Origin: Calditrichota bacterium
GTDB lineage: Bacteria; Electryoneota; AABM5-125-24; Hatepunaeales; Hatepunaeaceae
NCBI GenBank assembly: GCA_018644935.1
Contig: JABGPL010000002.1
Coordinates: 20,139 to 84,138, forward strand
DNA: 64,000 nucleotides
Reading direction: 5' to 3'
In this document: positions 28,080 to 37,952 of the stretch, piece by piece
Layout: each line of letters begins with the position of its first letter
Position numbering within the stretch: position 1 is the stretch's first letter
Notes under the pieces: generated by a model
The model's database searches: none
What the model saw: only the letters and a program-made list of their open reading frames with translations
Told to the model about the DNA's origin: nothing
Translations under genes and position numbers: made by a program

Positions 28080-30734
28080 GTGCTCCGAATTTTCCAATAT
28101 TACATGCTCGCAGTGTTGATCTTGTTTTTCACTCTGCCCGAGAAGCTTAATGCACAGCCGGAATCAACCGAAGCTCAGCCATCGGAAGATATTCTGAAGC
28201 TGGTTCCCCCTCCGGTAACATCTGAGCAGGACTCCCTCGATTTTTTAATCCTCCGTCCCGATCTTCTCAAACCTGAAGCGGTCATTGACACTACCGAGTC
28301 CGAAGCTGATCTCGACACTATCATAACCTACTCAGCTGAAAAAGTTGTTTTCACTTTTAATCCCAGAGCGACTAAACTAACCGGCGATGCCAAGGTCGCA
28401 TATCGCGAAATGGCACTTGATGCAGGCAGCATTGATATTGACTGGAGTAATAACATGCTCCATGCCCGAGGATTGCTCGACACTATACAGATTGACAGCT
28501 CACTTGGTGGAGGGGATTCTATTATATGGATAGGACAACCTGAACTCGATGATGGACAACAGATTGTTAATGGCAGTAGCTTAACATATAACCTGAAGAG
28601 TAAGAGGGGACAGGTTATCGATGGGGATACAGAATTTCAGGATGGATTCTATCACGGTAAGAAGATAAAGCGGATCGACGCCGACACATACAATATTCGT
28701 AATGGATATTACACAACATGTGACGCAGAGAAACCTCATTACCATTTCTGGGCGAGGGATATGAAAATGGTGATAAAGGATAAAATTGTCGCCCGGCCAA
28801 TATCTCTATTTTTTGGACCAACGCCAGTTTTGATTTTCCCGTTCGCCGTATTTTCCACTCGAGGTGGACGACAGTCCGGGATAATAATGCCTACCTATGG
28901 AGAGGGTGGTGGGAGCGGGAGATACTTTAAAAATCTTGGGTATTACTGGGCACCAAACGACTATTATGATGTAAAGGGGCGTCTGGATTTTTATGAAAAG
29001 TTTGGAATCTTGTTTAAAGCGGATGCTAACTATGCAAAACGTTATGTTCTCACCGGTGGCATTTCCGGCTCCTTAATAAACCAACAGAGGGATAACAAAG
29101 TTGATAGGCGGTGGGACGTTAAATTTGATCATAATCACACCATAACTCCGACGATGAAGTTGATTGCAAAAGGTAACTTTGTGTCTGATGGATCATATGT
29201 AAAGGATGTTTCACAGGATCCAAATGAAAGAATGAAGCAGACTATGCACTCTAATATAACCTTGAGCGAAAGCTGGGCGGGAACACCATACAGTGCATCC
29301 ATCAACCTGAATTACACAAAAGAACTGAACACGGGGGTCGTAACGCAATCCCTGCCACGGGTAACCTTTGGACGAAGACGATCTACTTTTATACCTCTTC
29401 CCAAAGGAGGCAGCACAGATGATGCAAAATGGTACAACAAGTTCTATTACAGTTATTCCGGAAATACGGAACTTAGAAAGAACACTAATGCTGATGGTAT
29501 TTCCCGACAGAGAGGCGGGATTAAACATAGCTTTGCGTTTTCATCCACACCGGATCCGTTGTTTCATATCGCGTTTACTCCCGGAGCATCATATAAAGAA
29601 GTGTGGTATGATGAGTGGAATGAGTATTTTAAGGGAACTGATGGGGTGGTTGATACAGTTAAACATGAGGATCTCCCTGATGGATTTGCTGCATTAAGGA
29701 CATTTGATGCCTCACTGAGGATGAGTACAAAACTATATGGTCTGTTTAAGCCCAACTTGTTCTCGATTAAAGCTATTCGTCATACTCTGAGCCCAGGGCT
29801 TACAATGACCTACAATCCAGACTTTTCAGATCCGAAGTGGGGATACTATGATGTTTTTACAGATAGTACAGGTACAGAAACGAAATATAACAGGTTTGCA
29901 GGGGGAATCTATGGGGGTGCTCCAAGTTCTGAAAGAAGAACTCTTAGTATATCACTGGGAAACTTGTTTGAGTATAAATCTGTAAAAGGCGAAAAAGAAA
30001 CCAAAGGTCAGCTCTTTAATCTTACCACGAATACCTCGTATAACTTTGCAGCGGATTCTCTTGGGTGGTCGGATATTAGCAGCGGTGTTACGATTCCAAC
30101 ACTTGGAGGGGGTAAAACGGGATCAGGATATCTTGAGGAATTTTCAGGGTTTACGCTCCGTTTCGATGCAAAGCATAGCTTCTATGATCTTGAAACAAAT
30201 CCTTTGGACGGGGAAAAAATAGAGGTGAACAGGTTTGCTGATAACGGGTTGCGGCTTCTGAATTTTGCGCTTACAAGTTCTTTCAGTTTGTCTGCAAGTG
30301 GATCTTCATCAACGATTGATACTTCTGAAGCACCCATGTCAGAATCAATTAATGTTGAAAAAGATAGGTTCGATAGAGAAGAGTGGAAACCAAGTCCCGT
30401 TCCCTGGAAAACCAGTTTCTCCTTTCGGTATGCCGTGGGAAGGGAGGACCCGGACAATATAACCAAAACAATTTGGGCAAATATGAAGCTTGAACTTCAA
30501 GCGACAGAAAACTGGAAGGTTTCGTATAATGCCCGATTTGATTTTCACAATCACAGGGTCGTCTCAGGTGCAATTTCACTCTACCGGGATCTCCATTGCT
30601 GGGAAGGACAATTGACCTGGAACCCGGTTGGGGTTGGGAGTGGTTTCTTTCTGAAAATAAATGTAAAATCACCATATCTTCAGGATTTAAAGGTCGAGAA
30701 AAAAGAACGTGGCGGAAGTATCATCGGAGGTTAA
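28080..30734 (+). CDS. lptD: LPS-assembly protein LptD (FCB type)
   Basis: N-terminal OstA-like region, YTTCD..PHY, GYYWAPNDY and C-terminal LYRDLHCWE...LQDLK motifs. Confidence 0.88.
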   Translation: MLRIFQYYMLAVLILFFTLPEKLNAQPESTEAQPSEDILKLVPPPVTSEQDSLDFLILRPDLLKPEAVIDTTESEADLDTIITYSAEKVVFTFNPRATKLTGDAKVAYREMALDAGSIDIDWSNNMLHARGLLDTIQIDSSLGGGDSIIWIGQPELDDGQQIVNGSSLTYNLKSKRGQVIDGDTEFQDGFYHGKKIKRIDADTYNIRNGYYTTCDAEKPHYHFWARDMKMVIKDKIVARPISLFFGPTPVLIFPFAVFSTRGGRQSGIIMPTYGEGGGSGRYFKNLGYYWAPNDYYDVKGRLDFYEKFGILFKADANYAKRYVLTGGISGSLINQQRDNKVDRRWDVKFDHNHTITPTMKLIAKGNFVSDGSYVKDVSQDPNERMKQTMHSNITLSESWAGTPYSASINLNYTKELNTGVVTQSLPRVTFGRRRSTFIPLPKGGSTDDAKWYNKFYYSYSGNTELRKNTNADGISRQRGGIKHSFAFSSTPDPLFHIAFTPGASYKEVWYDEWNEYFKGTDGVVDTVKHEDLPDGFAALRTFDASLRMSTKLYGLFKPNLFSIKAIRHTLSPGLTMTYNPDFSDPKWGYYDVFTDSTGTETKYNRFAGGIYGGAPSSERRTLSISLGNLFEYKSVKGEKETKGQLFNLTTNTSYNFAADSLGWSDISSGVTIPTLGGGKTGSGYLEEFSGFTLRFDAKHSFYDLETNPLDGEKIEVNRFADNGLRLLNFALTSSFSLSASGSSSTIDTSEAPMSESINVEKDRFDREEWKPSPVPWKTSFSFRYAVGREDPDNITKTIWANMKLELQATENWKVSYNARFDFHNHRVVSGAISLYRDLHCWEGQLTWNPVGVGSGFFLKINVKSPYLQDLKVEKKERGGSIIGG

Positions 30735-30812
30735 TTAGGAAAACTGATAGATAATTTACCGACAGCAATGCACGACTGCAATCGCATCAGCCGTGGTTTC
30801 GCACAAAAACAC

Positions 30813-30841
30813 TTGATTGGAGAAGAAAAAATGGTTATATT
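30813..30841 (+). promoter_or_regulatory. Putative sigma70-type promoter giving a near-leaderless mRNA
   Basis: TTGATT, 17-nt spacer, TATATT, ending 9 nt before the ATG at 30851. Confidence 0.45.
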
Positions 30842-30850
30842 ATCTTGATT

Positions 30851-31840
30851 ATGCCTAATTTGAAATCAACAACAAAGCTCAGCACAATGTTCTGCTTTAT
30901 TGTCGTTGGATTTCTGTGGATTACATTCCCGGTATTTGCAGGTGGACTTGCAAAGTACGGTGGGGAATTCATGGCGACTGGCGGTGGAGCAAGACCTCTC
31001 GGCATGGGAGGCGCATATACTGCCCTGAGCGAAGATGCCTACGCAATTTTCTGGAATCCCGCAGGTTTGAACTCCATTCGTCATCCTCAGCTTGGATTGA
31101 TGCATAGCGAGCGATTTGCAGGTGAAGTAGATTATGATGTCGCAGGAATAGCTCTGCCGCAACCGGATAATTCCGTTATTGGTTTTGGTATTATACGGTT
31201 AGGAGTAAACAATATTCCCTTTACCCGCCTGGAGAATCCTGGTGAGCCAATCTCTGAAGACAACCGAGTCGAAGTCGACAAAATTGTAACGGAGGGTGAA
31301 TATGCATTTTATGCTGCTAAGTCAGGGCAATTCCGGAACTGGTCGTGGGGTGTAGCTCCGAAACTGGTCTTCAAACACATCGGATCTGAGCAGCAGGCTT
31401 ATGGTCTTGGATTTGATGCTGGAATACTTGGACGACCAATAGAGAAACTGCCGATTACCGCCGGATTGGCGGTGAGGGATGTTTTGGGTACTGTTATTGC
31501 TTGGGATACCGGGCATACGGAAGTTATAGTTTCGACTATCAGGTTTGGCATTGCAGCAAAAATAAATCTACCAGCACTCGAAGCGAAGATAATCCCTGTT
31601 GCAGACGTAGATTATCGACTCGAGGCAATAGGTGAATCCAACGCATTTGCCAGCCATATAGGGCTTGAATACCTGATTCGGGATTCAATTGGTCTACGCA
31701 TTGGCAGTGATGATGGAGAACTTACTTTTGGTGGTGGTTTGAACTTGAATCCGCTATCTATAGATTATGCATTTATCGATCATGATGCGTTGGGTGAAAC
31801 CCACAGGGTATCAATTACCGCACATTGGAACCGGCATTAA
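30851..31840 (+). CDS. PorV/PorQ-family outer-membrane beta-barrel
   Basis: KYGGEFMATGGGARPLGMGGAY...IFWNPAGL and C-terminal IDYAF...LGETHRVSI. Confidence 0.85.
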   Translation: MPNLKSTTKLSTMFCFIVVGFLWITFPVFAGGLAKYGGEFMATGGGARPLGMGGAYTALSEDAYAIFWNPAGLNSIRHPQLGLMHSERFAGEVDYDVAGIALPQPDNSVIGFGIIRLGVNNIPFTRLENPGEPISEDNRVEVDKIVTEGEYAFYAAKSGQFRNWSWGVAPKLVFKHIGSEQQAYGLGFDAGILGRPIEKLPITAGLAVRDVLGTVIAWDTGHTEVIVSTIRFGIAAKINLPALEAKIIPVADVDYRLEAIGESNAFASHIGLEYLIRDSIGLRIGSDDGELTFGGGLNLNPLSIDYAFIDHDALGETHRVSITAHWNRH

Positions 31841-31874
31841 CGATCACCATCTGGTTGCGGTATTATTGTTGAGT

Positions 31875-31944
31875 GTGCAGTCAAGGGTCCTGACTTGACA
31901 GAAATAAAACAACACAAGTGTCAGGCAGGGATAACTGACATCAC
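31875..31944. repeat. REP doublet, GTGGTGTCAG family (degenerate)
   Basis: GTGCAGTCAAGGGTCCTGACTTGACA and an inverted copy whose reverse complement is GTGATGTCAGTTATCCCTGCCTGACA. Confidence 0.55.
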
Positions 31945-32050
31945 GATTTGGTTATTCTCCGACATATTGGTTTGCGGAATAGACAAAACGGAGTAATCAA
32001 CTGCAGTGTTCTTTCTGCAACATCAGGCAGAATCTGCTTATGGAGTATAT

Positions 32051-32929
32051 ATGCCACGCAGTATGACTGGGTTTGGTTCAGGCAAAATCGACCGTGAAGG
32101 CAGATGTATAACTGTCGAGCTACGCAGCGTAAATAATCGTTTCCTCGAACTGAGCTTTAGACTTCCCCGTTCGCTGTATTCGCTCGAAAGTGAATTAAGG
32201 GATACACTCAGGTCACGTTTGCAACGCGGGAGAGTATCGGTCAGCGTTTCTGAAGAACGCAATCCGAATCACGTCCCCTCGATCCGAATAGATCGAGGTC
32301 GAGCAAAGAGCTACGCTGAAGCGTTGAGGGGAATGCAGTCTGATCTGGGGATTGGTGGGGATATCCAACTGGATCATCTGTTAAGTATCGGTGATTTGCT
32401 GAGCACTGAAGAGACTGATGATGACCGGCAGCAATTATGCGATATGACCCGTGAAGCACTTAGTATCGCTATTGATGAACTGGTTGAAGTCAGTTCAATT
32501 GAAGGGAAAAATCTCGGGTCCGATTTGCGGAGTCGCATGGACCAATTTCTGGCAGAAAAAGAAATTATCGTCAAACATATTGACGGTATGATAAACCAGT
32601 ATCGTGATCGATTAACCCAGCGGTTGGAAGAAGTTTTAACCGACAATCGGATTGATCCAACAAGACTTGAAACAGAGATTGCCATTGTAGCAGACAAACT
32701 TGATATATCAGAGGAAATAGTCCGACTTGACAGTCATATAAGTTTGTTTAGTGAAACCCTCTCTAAAGAAAATGTTGTCGGTAAGAAGCTTGGATTCATT
32801 TTGCAGGAAATGGGGCGAGAGACCAATACAATTTCATCCAAAAGCTGGTTGGTTGAAGTGTCACAAACAGCCATTCGTATGAAAGAGATTCTTGAACAAG
32901 TTCGAGAGCAGGTGCAGAATCTTGAATAA
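32051..32929 (+). CDS. yicC: YicC/YloC family endoribonuclease
   Basis: SMTGFG, ELRSVNNRFLE, DISEEIVRL, QEMGRETNTI and REQVQNLE motifs; conserved position before gmk. Confidence 0.93.
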   Translation: MPRSMTGFGSGKIDREGRCITVELRSVNNRFLELSFRLPRSLYSLESELRDTLRSRLQRGRVSVSVSEERNPNHVPSIRIDRGRAKSYAEALRGMQSDLGIGGDIQLDHLLSIGDLLSTEETDDDRQQLCDMTREALSIAIDELVEVSSIEGKNLGSDLRSRMDQFLAEKEIIVKHIDGMINQYRDRLTQRLEEVLTDNRIDPTRLETEIAIVADKLDISEEIVRLDSHISLFSETLSKENVVGKKLGFILQEMGRETNTISSKSWLVEVSQTAIRMKEILEQVREQVQNLE

Positions 32930-33506
32930 TCGCGGACAACTATTCGTGTTGTCGGGATCTTCCGGTGGTGGAAAAACCACAATCATTCATGAAGTTTTGA
33001 GTATTCGCAAAGATTTTGTTTTCAGCGTATCTTCAACTACCAGAGAACCGCGAGAACACGAAAAGGAAGGCGTCGATTACCACTTTCTGAAACGTGACGA
33101 ATTCTTAAAGCGCAGAGATGCCGGAGAGTTTATTGAATGGGCAGAAGTTCATAAACATCTTTACGGAACTGAGCATCGACAGATTGATAAAATGCTTGAA
33201 CTGGGGCAAAACGTAATTCTGGATCTCGATGTTTATGGTGCGAGCTCTATACACGATCTGTTCCCGAATGCAGTTCTGATTTTCATCTTTCCACCTTCAG
33301 TAGAAGAGCTGCGAAGAAGATTAGAAAATCGAGGCACTAACACACCAGAGCAGATTGAACTAAGATTATCTCGATATCCATTTGAGAGAGCAAGAGGGGA
33401 AGCCTATCCTTACCACGTATTGAATGACAACCTAATGGATACAGTTGACTCGGTTCTTGAAATAATTGAGGATGTAATCTCTTTCAGGGCCAAACGGTCC
33501 ATCTAA
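32922..33506 (+). CDS. gmk: Guanylate kinase
   Basis: SGSSGGGKTT, SSTTREPR..E..GVDYHF and EWAEVH..YGT motifs; the TTG start overlaps the yicC stop. Confidence 0.95.
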   Translation: MNNRGQLFVLSGSSGGGKTTIIHEVLSIRKDFVFSVSSTTREPREHEKEGVDYHFLKRDEFLKRRDAGEFIEWAEVHKHLYGTEHRQIDKMLELGQNVILDLDVYGASSIHDLFPNAVLIFIFPPSVEELRRRLENRGTNTPEQIELRLSRYPFERARGEAYPYHVLNDNLMDTVDSVLEIIEDVISFRAKRSI

Positions 33507-33600
33507 GGCTGATTATTTCTTGAGTGGATGACATTTCGGTGTGTGAATGTTTGTCATATAGATTGAATATCTCAGTTATAGCCTCCTGGGATTAAGAACA

Positions 33601-33664
33601 AACAAAACATGACAATACGTAACAATACGTAACAATACGTTACAATACGTAACAATACGTAACA
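33601..33664 (+). repeat. 10-bp tandem repeat (AACAATACGT), about six units
   Basis: AACAAAACAT GACAATACGT AACAATACGT AACAATACGT TACAATACGT AACAATACGT AACA. Confidence 0.9.
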
Positions 33665-33693
33665 AATAGAAACCAAGAGGGAAAAATAAAGTA

Positions 33694-34128
33694 ATGATTG
33701 AAAAAGTAGAAATACCCAAGCAGCCAAAGATTACAACAATTGATGGCTTGCCATTGACAGTACCCGGTGAAACAAGCATTGAGGCGGTTGATCTAATCCC
33801 AAGTTATGTTGAACCAACTCAGCCTTTAACCGAGGAAGAAGCCAGGCTTGATTGGTTGATTAATGATTTTGAAGGGATTACAGAAAATGTTTATGAAGCA
33901 ATCATGATCTCTGCAATTCGAGCACGGCAAATCGGTCGTCGTCAAAAACAGGAGATTGATGCCTATAATTCCACAATAGAAGCAACAGAAATTGTCAATC
34001 CCGATGACGAAGGTGCTGAGGAACCAGGTCTCGATCATTTTCACCACATAAAGCCAACCATAAAAGCACTCAGAGAACTGAAGGAACAAGATATCAAATT
34101 CTATTATCTTGACAACGATAAGAAATAA
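33694..34128 (+). CDS. rpoZ: RNA polymerase omega subunit with N-terminal extension
   Basis: ENVYEAIMISAIRARQI and KPTIKALREL motifs; gmk-rpoZ-coaBC synteny. Confidence 0.82.
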   Translation: MIEKVEIPKQPKITTIDGLPLTVPGETSIEAVDLIPSYVEPTQPLTEEEARLDWLINDFEGITENVYEAIMISAIRARQIGRRQKQEIDAYNSTIEATEIVNPDDEGAEEPGLDHFHHIKPTIKALRELKEQDIKFYYLDNDKK

Positions 34129-34151
34129 TCGATTCCTGACTATTCAATCCA

Positions 34152-35354
34152 TTGAACTGTAAAAAGATAATACTAATAGTGACCGGTGGGATAGCAGTTT
34201 ATAAATCCTGTTATCTCGTTCGGGAAATCAGACGACAAGGTGGAGATGTTTGTGTGGTTATGACTGATTCAGCCTCTGAATTTGTCAGCCCTTTAACTTT
34301 TGCTACGCTTTCGGGAAATCCGGTGTTGCAGGATATGTTTCCGGAATCGCCTCCCGAAAATCCGATTCATTTGCAACCGTCTGATTGGGGTGATATTCTG
34401 GTAATTGCTCCCGCTACTGCCAATTTCATTGGTAAGTTAGCAAATGGAATTGCAGATGACCTTGCAAGTAGCGTCTGTATATCTTTTTCAGGTAAAGTTA
34501 TAGTTGCTCCGGCAATGAATCCTCGAATGTGGGATAATCCCGCCGTCAAAGATAATATCTCAATCCTGCGCAAAAGAGGTTTCGAGGTTGTAGGACCAGA
34601 ATCCGGTGAAATGGCGGGTGTGAACGAAAATGCGGGTGAAGGTAGGATGAGTGAGCCAGACAAGATTTTGAGACAGATTAGGGAAAGTTTGGCGGTTACT
34701 GACGACCTGTCTGGAAAATCAGTCGTCGTCACATCCGGACCCACTCGAGAACCAATTGACCCTGTGAGATTTGTCAGTAATAGATCAAGTGGAAAAATGG
34801 GTGATGCAATTGCAAAACAAGCCGCGTTGCGTGGGGCAAATGTAACCCTAATTCGAGGTCGGGGCGCAGAGGGTGAACCTCCTGCTGAGGTTAAAACGTT
34901 TGTTGTTGAAACTGCTGCAGAAATGAGCTCTGCTGTAAAAGAACATTTTACTTCCTGTAATTTGTTGGTAATGACGGCTGCCGTTTCTGACTGGTCAATA
35001 ACTAATCCAGCAAAAAGTAAGTTGAAGAAACATGTCGGTGAACCGGACATTCAATGGAAGCAGACCGAAGACATACTCGCCTGGGCAGGGCAAAATCGCA
35101 CTGCTCAAGCCGTAGTTGGATTTGCTCTTGAAACGAGCAATCATCTCGAAGGCGCGCAGAAAAAGCTCAAAGAAAAAAATGTCGACATGATTGTTTTAAA
35201 CGACCCGACTCAGTCACACTCATCATTCGGTGGGGATTCGACCAAACTTACATTAGTCGCAAATGACAAAGCCCCTGTTGAACTGCCTGTTTGCACAAAA
35301 AAAGAAGCCGCGAATAAATTGTTCGACAACATAAGTAGGTTTTTACAAGGATAA
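34152..35354 (+). CDS. coaBC: Bifunctional phosphopantothenoylcysteine decarboxylase/synthetase
   Basis: TGGIAVYK, APATAN, PAMN..M, GPTRE.IDPVRF.SNRSSGKMG and GFALET motifs. Confidence 0.96.
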   Translation: MNCKKIILIVTGGIAVYKSCYLVREIRRQGGDVCVVMTDSASEFVSPLTFATLSGNPVLQDMFPESPPENPIHLQPSDWGDILVIAPATANFIGKLANGIADDLASSVCISFSGKVIVAPAMNPRMWDNPAVKDNISILRKRGFEVVGPESGEMAGVNENAGEGRMSEPDKILRQIRESLAVTDDLSGKSVVVTSGPTREPIDPVRFVSNRSSGKMGDAIAKQAALRGANVTLIRGRGAEGEPPAEVKTFVVETAAEMSSAVKEHFTSCNLLVMTAAVSDWSITNPAKSKLKKHVGEPDIQWKQTEDILAWAGQNRTAQAVVGFALETSNHLEGAQKKLKEKNVDMIVLNDPTQSHSSFGGDSTKLTLVANDKAPVELPVCTKKEAANKLFDNISRFLQG

Positions 35355-35407
35355 ATAAGATTTTATCCGTCATCTCGCATACCCTGTAATTAAAACATTT
35401 AAACCTC

Positions 35408-36094
35408 GTGAATGATTTAATCAAATACCTTCAACAATACGCAGAGGGTGAGCCGGAGATAGTTTTAGATATTCCTCTGTTTTCCAATAAAAAGCAGATA
35501 TCTGACCCAAAGGTTCTTAATCGTCTAGATGCAGTAAAGAAGGAAGCGTTGATGTGTACTCGCTGCCAGTTGGCCAAAACACGTCAAAATGTTGTGTTCG
35601 GTGATGGATCTGCGGATGCCAGACTAATGTTTATTGGGGAGGGTCCCGGAGCAGATGAAGATCGGCAGGGAATACCGTTTGTAGGTCGAGCGGGACAGCT
35701 TCTAAATAAGATCATTGCAGCGATGAAATTTCAACGTTCAGAGGTCTACATCGCAAATATTGTCAAATGCCGTCCACCCGACAATCGGGATCCGCTGCCT
35801 GAAGAAGCAGAAAGTTGTATACCGTATCTTGAACAGCAGATTCAAATCATTGACCCGGATGTCATTGTGGCACTTGGTAAGGTCGCAGCGGTCAGGTTAT
35901 TGAATTTAGATCCGGGAGTTTCCGTAAAGTCTATCCGCAACCAAATTCATAACTACAAAGACAAACCGTTTATTGTCACCTATCATCCCTCCTATTTATT
36001 GCGGACGCCTTCAGGGAAGGTGGAAGCATGGAAGGATATGCAGGTTGTGATGGGATTATTAGCTGGGAATATTGTCTGGTCTCCTGATCGATAG
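35408..36094 (+). CDS. udg: Uracil-DNA glycosylase, family 4
   Basis: [30 protein letters not shown] and TYHPS motifs. Confidence 0.93.
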   Translation: MNDLIKYLQQYAEGEPEIVLDIPLFSNKKQISDPKVLNRLDAVKKEALMCTRCQLAKTRQNVVFGDGSADARLMFIGEGPGADEDRQGIPFVGRAGQLLNKIIAAMKFQRSEVYIANIVKCRPPDNRDPLPEEAESCIPYLEQQIQIIDPDVIVALGKVAAVRLLNLDPGVSVKSIRNQIHNYKDKPFIVTYHPSYLLRTPSGKVEAWKDMQVVMGLLAGNIVWSPDR

Positions 36095-36161
36095 CACAGG
36101 CGCGGGATGAAAGAATTTTCTAACATTCATTCAACATGATTGTTTAAACTCCGGTCACAGA

Positions 36162-36190
36162 TTGACAGCTAACTAACTTTTCATTAAGTT
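36162..36190 (+). promoter_or_regulatory. Putative sigma70 promoter upstream of dnaB
   Basis: TTGACA (36162-36167), 17-nt spacer, TAAGTT (36185-36190). Confidence 0.55.
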
Positions 36191-36222
36191 GAGCAAGTCA
36201 CCGATTTGTCAAAGGATAAACA

Positions 36223-36260
36223 GCCAGAACATCAATCTTGATTTCTGGCACTTTTATTTT
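36223..36260 (+). terminator. Intrinsic terminator-like hairpin between udg and dnaB
   Basis: GCCAGAA-C-ATCA[ATCT]TGAT-TTCTGGC followed by ACTTTTATTTT. Confidence 0.55.
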
Positions 36261-36346
36261 ATATACTAATGATCAGATACGGCAATTGATGTTGCGCAGA
36301 GTATGACATCAAGCGTTCTTATCTATCTGAAAACCAACTGCTGGAA

Positions 36347-36372
36347 TGTCTGGCGGGGACACCTGACACCAC
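36347..36372 (-). repeat. REP, GTGGTGTCAG family
   Basis: Reverse complement GTGGTGTCAGGTGTCCCCGCCAGACA. Confidence 0.6.
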
Positions 36373-36411
36373 TAACAACACATAACATACGCAAATCCCA
36401 TTGGAATTTTA

Positions 36412-37917
36412 ATGGCAGATTCAAAAAAAGAATTTAGCAACAAAAAGAAAAAGCCTGTAGACCTTCTTGGAGGAAGGGTTCCACCTCACAATCTTGAGAT
36501 GGAACGGGCTGTTTTGTGTTCTTCATTAGTGAGTCCATCCGGATTTGCAAGAGTTGTTGATTTTGTCGATGACAGCAGTTTTTACGATAATCGTCATAAG
36601 CTCATATTTGCAGCTATGGCGCGTCTTTTCAGCAGGGGAGCCGGGATAGACCTGTTGACTGTGAATGATGAGCTTGCTGCAACCGATGATTCGGAAGCTG
36701 CCGGGGGAGTGCCTTACCTTGCCGGATTGACAAACGAAGTCGCAACAGCTGCTCATGCAGAACAGTATGCAAAAACAGTTCGAGAGAAATATGGCTTGAG
36801 AAGACTAATTGCAACCGCTACTAGCATGGCAGTTGATGCTTATGAAGCTCCGGAAGCAATTGAACTCCTTGATCAATTCATGCCAAGTCTATTTGAAATA
36901 TACTCCAATCGAAGTGAGAGTGGGTATGTATCCGTCGGCGATTCAGTTACTGAAGCTATGGAGTATCTCGATAATCACCATAAGCTTGAAGGTGAACTGA
37001 CCGGAATTGGAACCGGATTCGATGAGTTGGATGAATATACATCAGGTTTTCAGGCTGGAGATTTAGTAATCATTGCTGCACGGCCATCTATGGGAAAAAC
37101 TGCATTCAGTCTTGATCTGGCACGCAATGCAGCCCAGATGTATAATAAAGGGATAGCATTTTTCTCTCTTGAGATGTCATCAATGGCAATTTCGATGAGG
37201 ATACTGGCATCAGAAGCTCGAGTTGATCTGCATAGATTAAGATCTGGCAGGCTTCAGGATCATCACTGGGCAAAATTAGCCCGTGCCTCAAGCACGCTGT
37301 CTGAGAGTAATTTTTTTATTGATGATACTGGTAACCTTGGTCTTATGGAGCTACGTGCTCGAGCGAGGCAACTAAAGCAACAGCACAACATTGATATGCT
37401 TTTCATTGATTATCTCCAATTGATGAAGCCTCCCAAAGCTGAGAGTCGTGTGCAGGAGGTTGCACAGATATCACGTGGTCTTAAGGGACTTGCAAGAGAG
37501 CTGGAAATTCCTGTAATAGCACTATCCCAGCTATCGAGAGCAGTAGAGCAACGTGGCGGTGATAAGCGACCTGTCCTTTCAGATCTGCGGGATTCCGGAT
37601 CAATTGAGCAGGACGCGGATGTCGTGATGTTTATTTACCGTGAAGCTCAGTATCAGAAAGATGCGGAAGATGATGTCGAAATTAGTAACATTGCTGAAAT
37701 ACTGATTCGGAAACAGCGTAACGGTCCCACAGGAAAGGTGGAATTGACTTTCATTCCGGAACATGCAAAATTTGAAAACAAATCAGATCGTGCCGCAATA
37801 GAAGCAGCCAGATCTTTCGCTGGTGCCTCAAATGCCGGGAGCAGTTCATCCGCCCACATTGATTCGTCTGGTATGGTTGACATTGAGGATGATCCCGACG
37901 ATGATGCTCCGTTTTAA
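36412..37917 (+). CDS. dnaB: Replicative DNA helicase
   Basis: PPHN.E.E, AARPSMGKT, FSLEM, IDYLQL, LSQLSR and DLRDSGSIEQDAD motifs; no intein. Confidence 0.97.
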   Translation: MADSKKEFSNKKKKPVDLLGGRVPPHNLEMERAVLCSSLVSPSGFARVVDFVDDSSFYDNRHKLIFAAMARLFSRGAGIDLLTVNDELAATDDSEAAGGVPYLAGLTNEVATAAHAEQYAKTVREKYGLRRLIATATSMAVDAYEAPEAIELLDQFMPSLFEIYSNRSESGYVSVGDSVTEAMEYLDNHHKLEGELTGIGTGFDELDEYTSGFQAGDLVIIAARPSMGKTAFSLDLARNAAQMYNKGIAFFSLEMSSMAISMRILASEARVDLHRLRSGRLQDHHWAKLARASSTLSESNFFIDDTGNLGLMELRARARQLKQQHNIDMLFIDYLQLMKPPKAESRVQEVAQISRGLKGLARELEIPVIALSQLSRAVEQRGGDKRPVLSDLRDSGSIEQDADVVMFIYREAQYQKDAEDDVEISNIAEILIRKQRNGPTGKVELTFIPEHAKFENKSDRAAIEAARSFAGASNAGSSSSAHIDSSGMVDIEDDPDDDAPF

Positions 37918-37952
37918 TTCGTAAACAGAAAAAAACAATATTAGAGTAAAAA

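Noticed and set aside
33601..33664. Tandem repeat as CRISPR or plasmid iterons
   Set aside because: The units are 10 nt with no spacers, and there is no rep or cas gene nearby.
34367..35050. 227-aa minus-strand ORF opposite coaBC
   Set aside because: Antisense shadow with no motifs.
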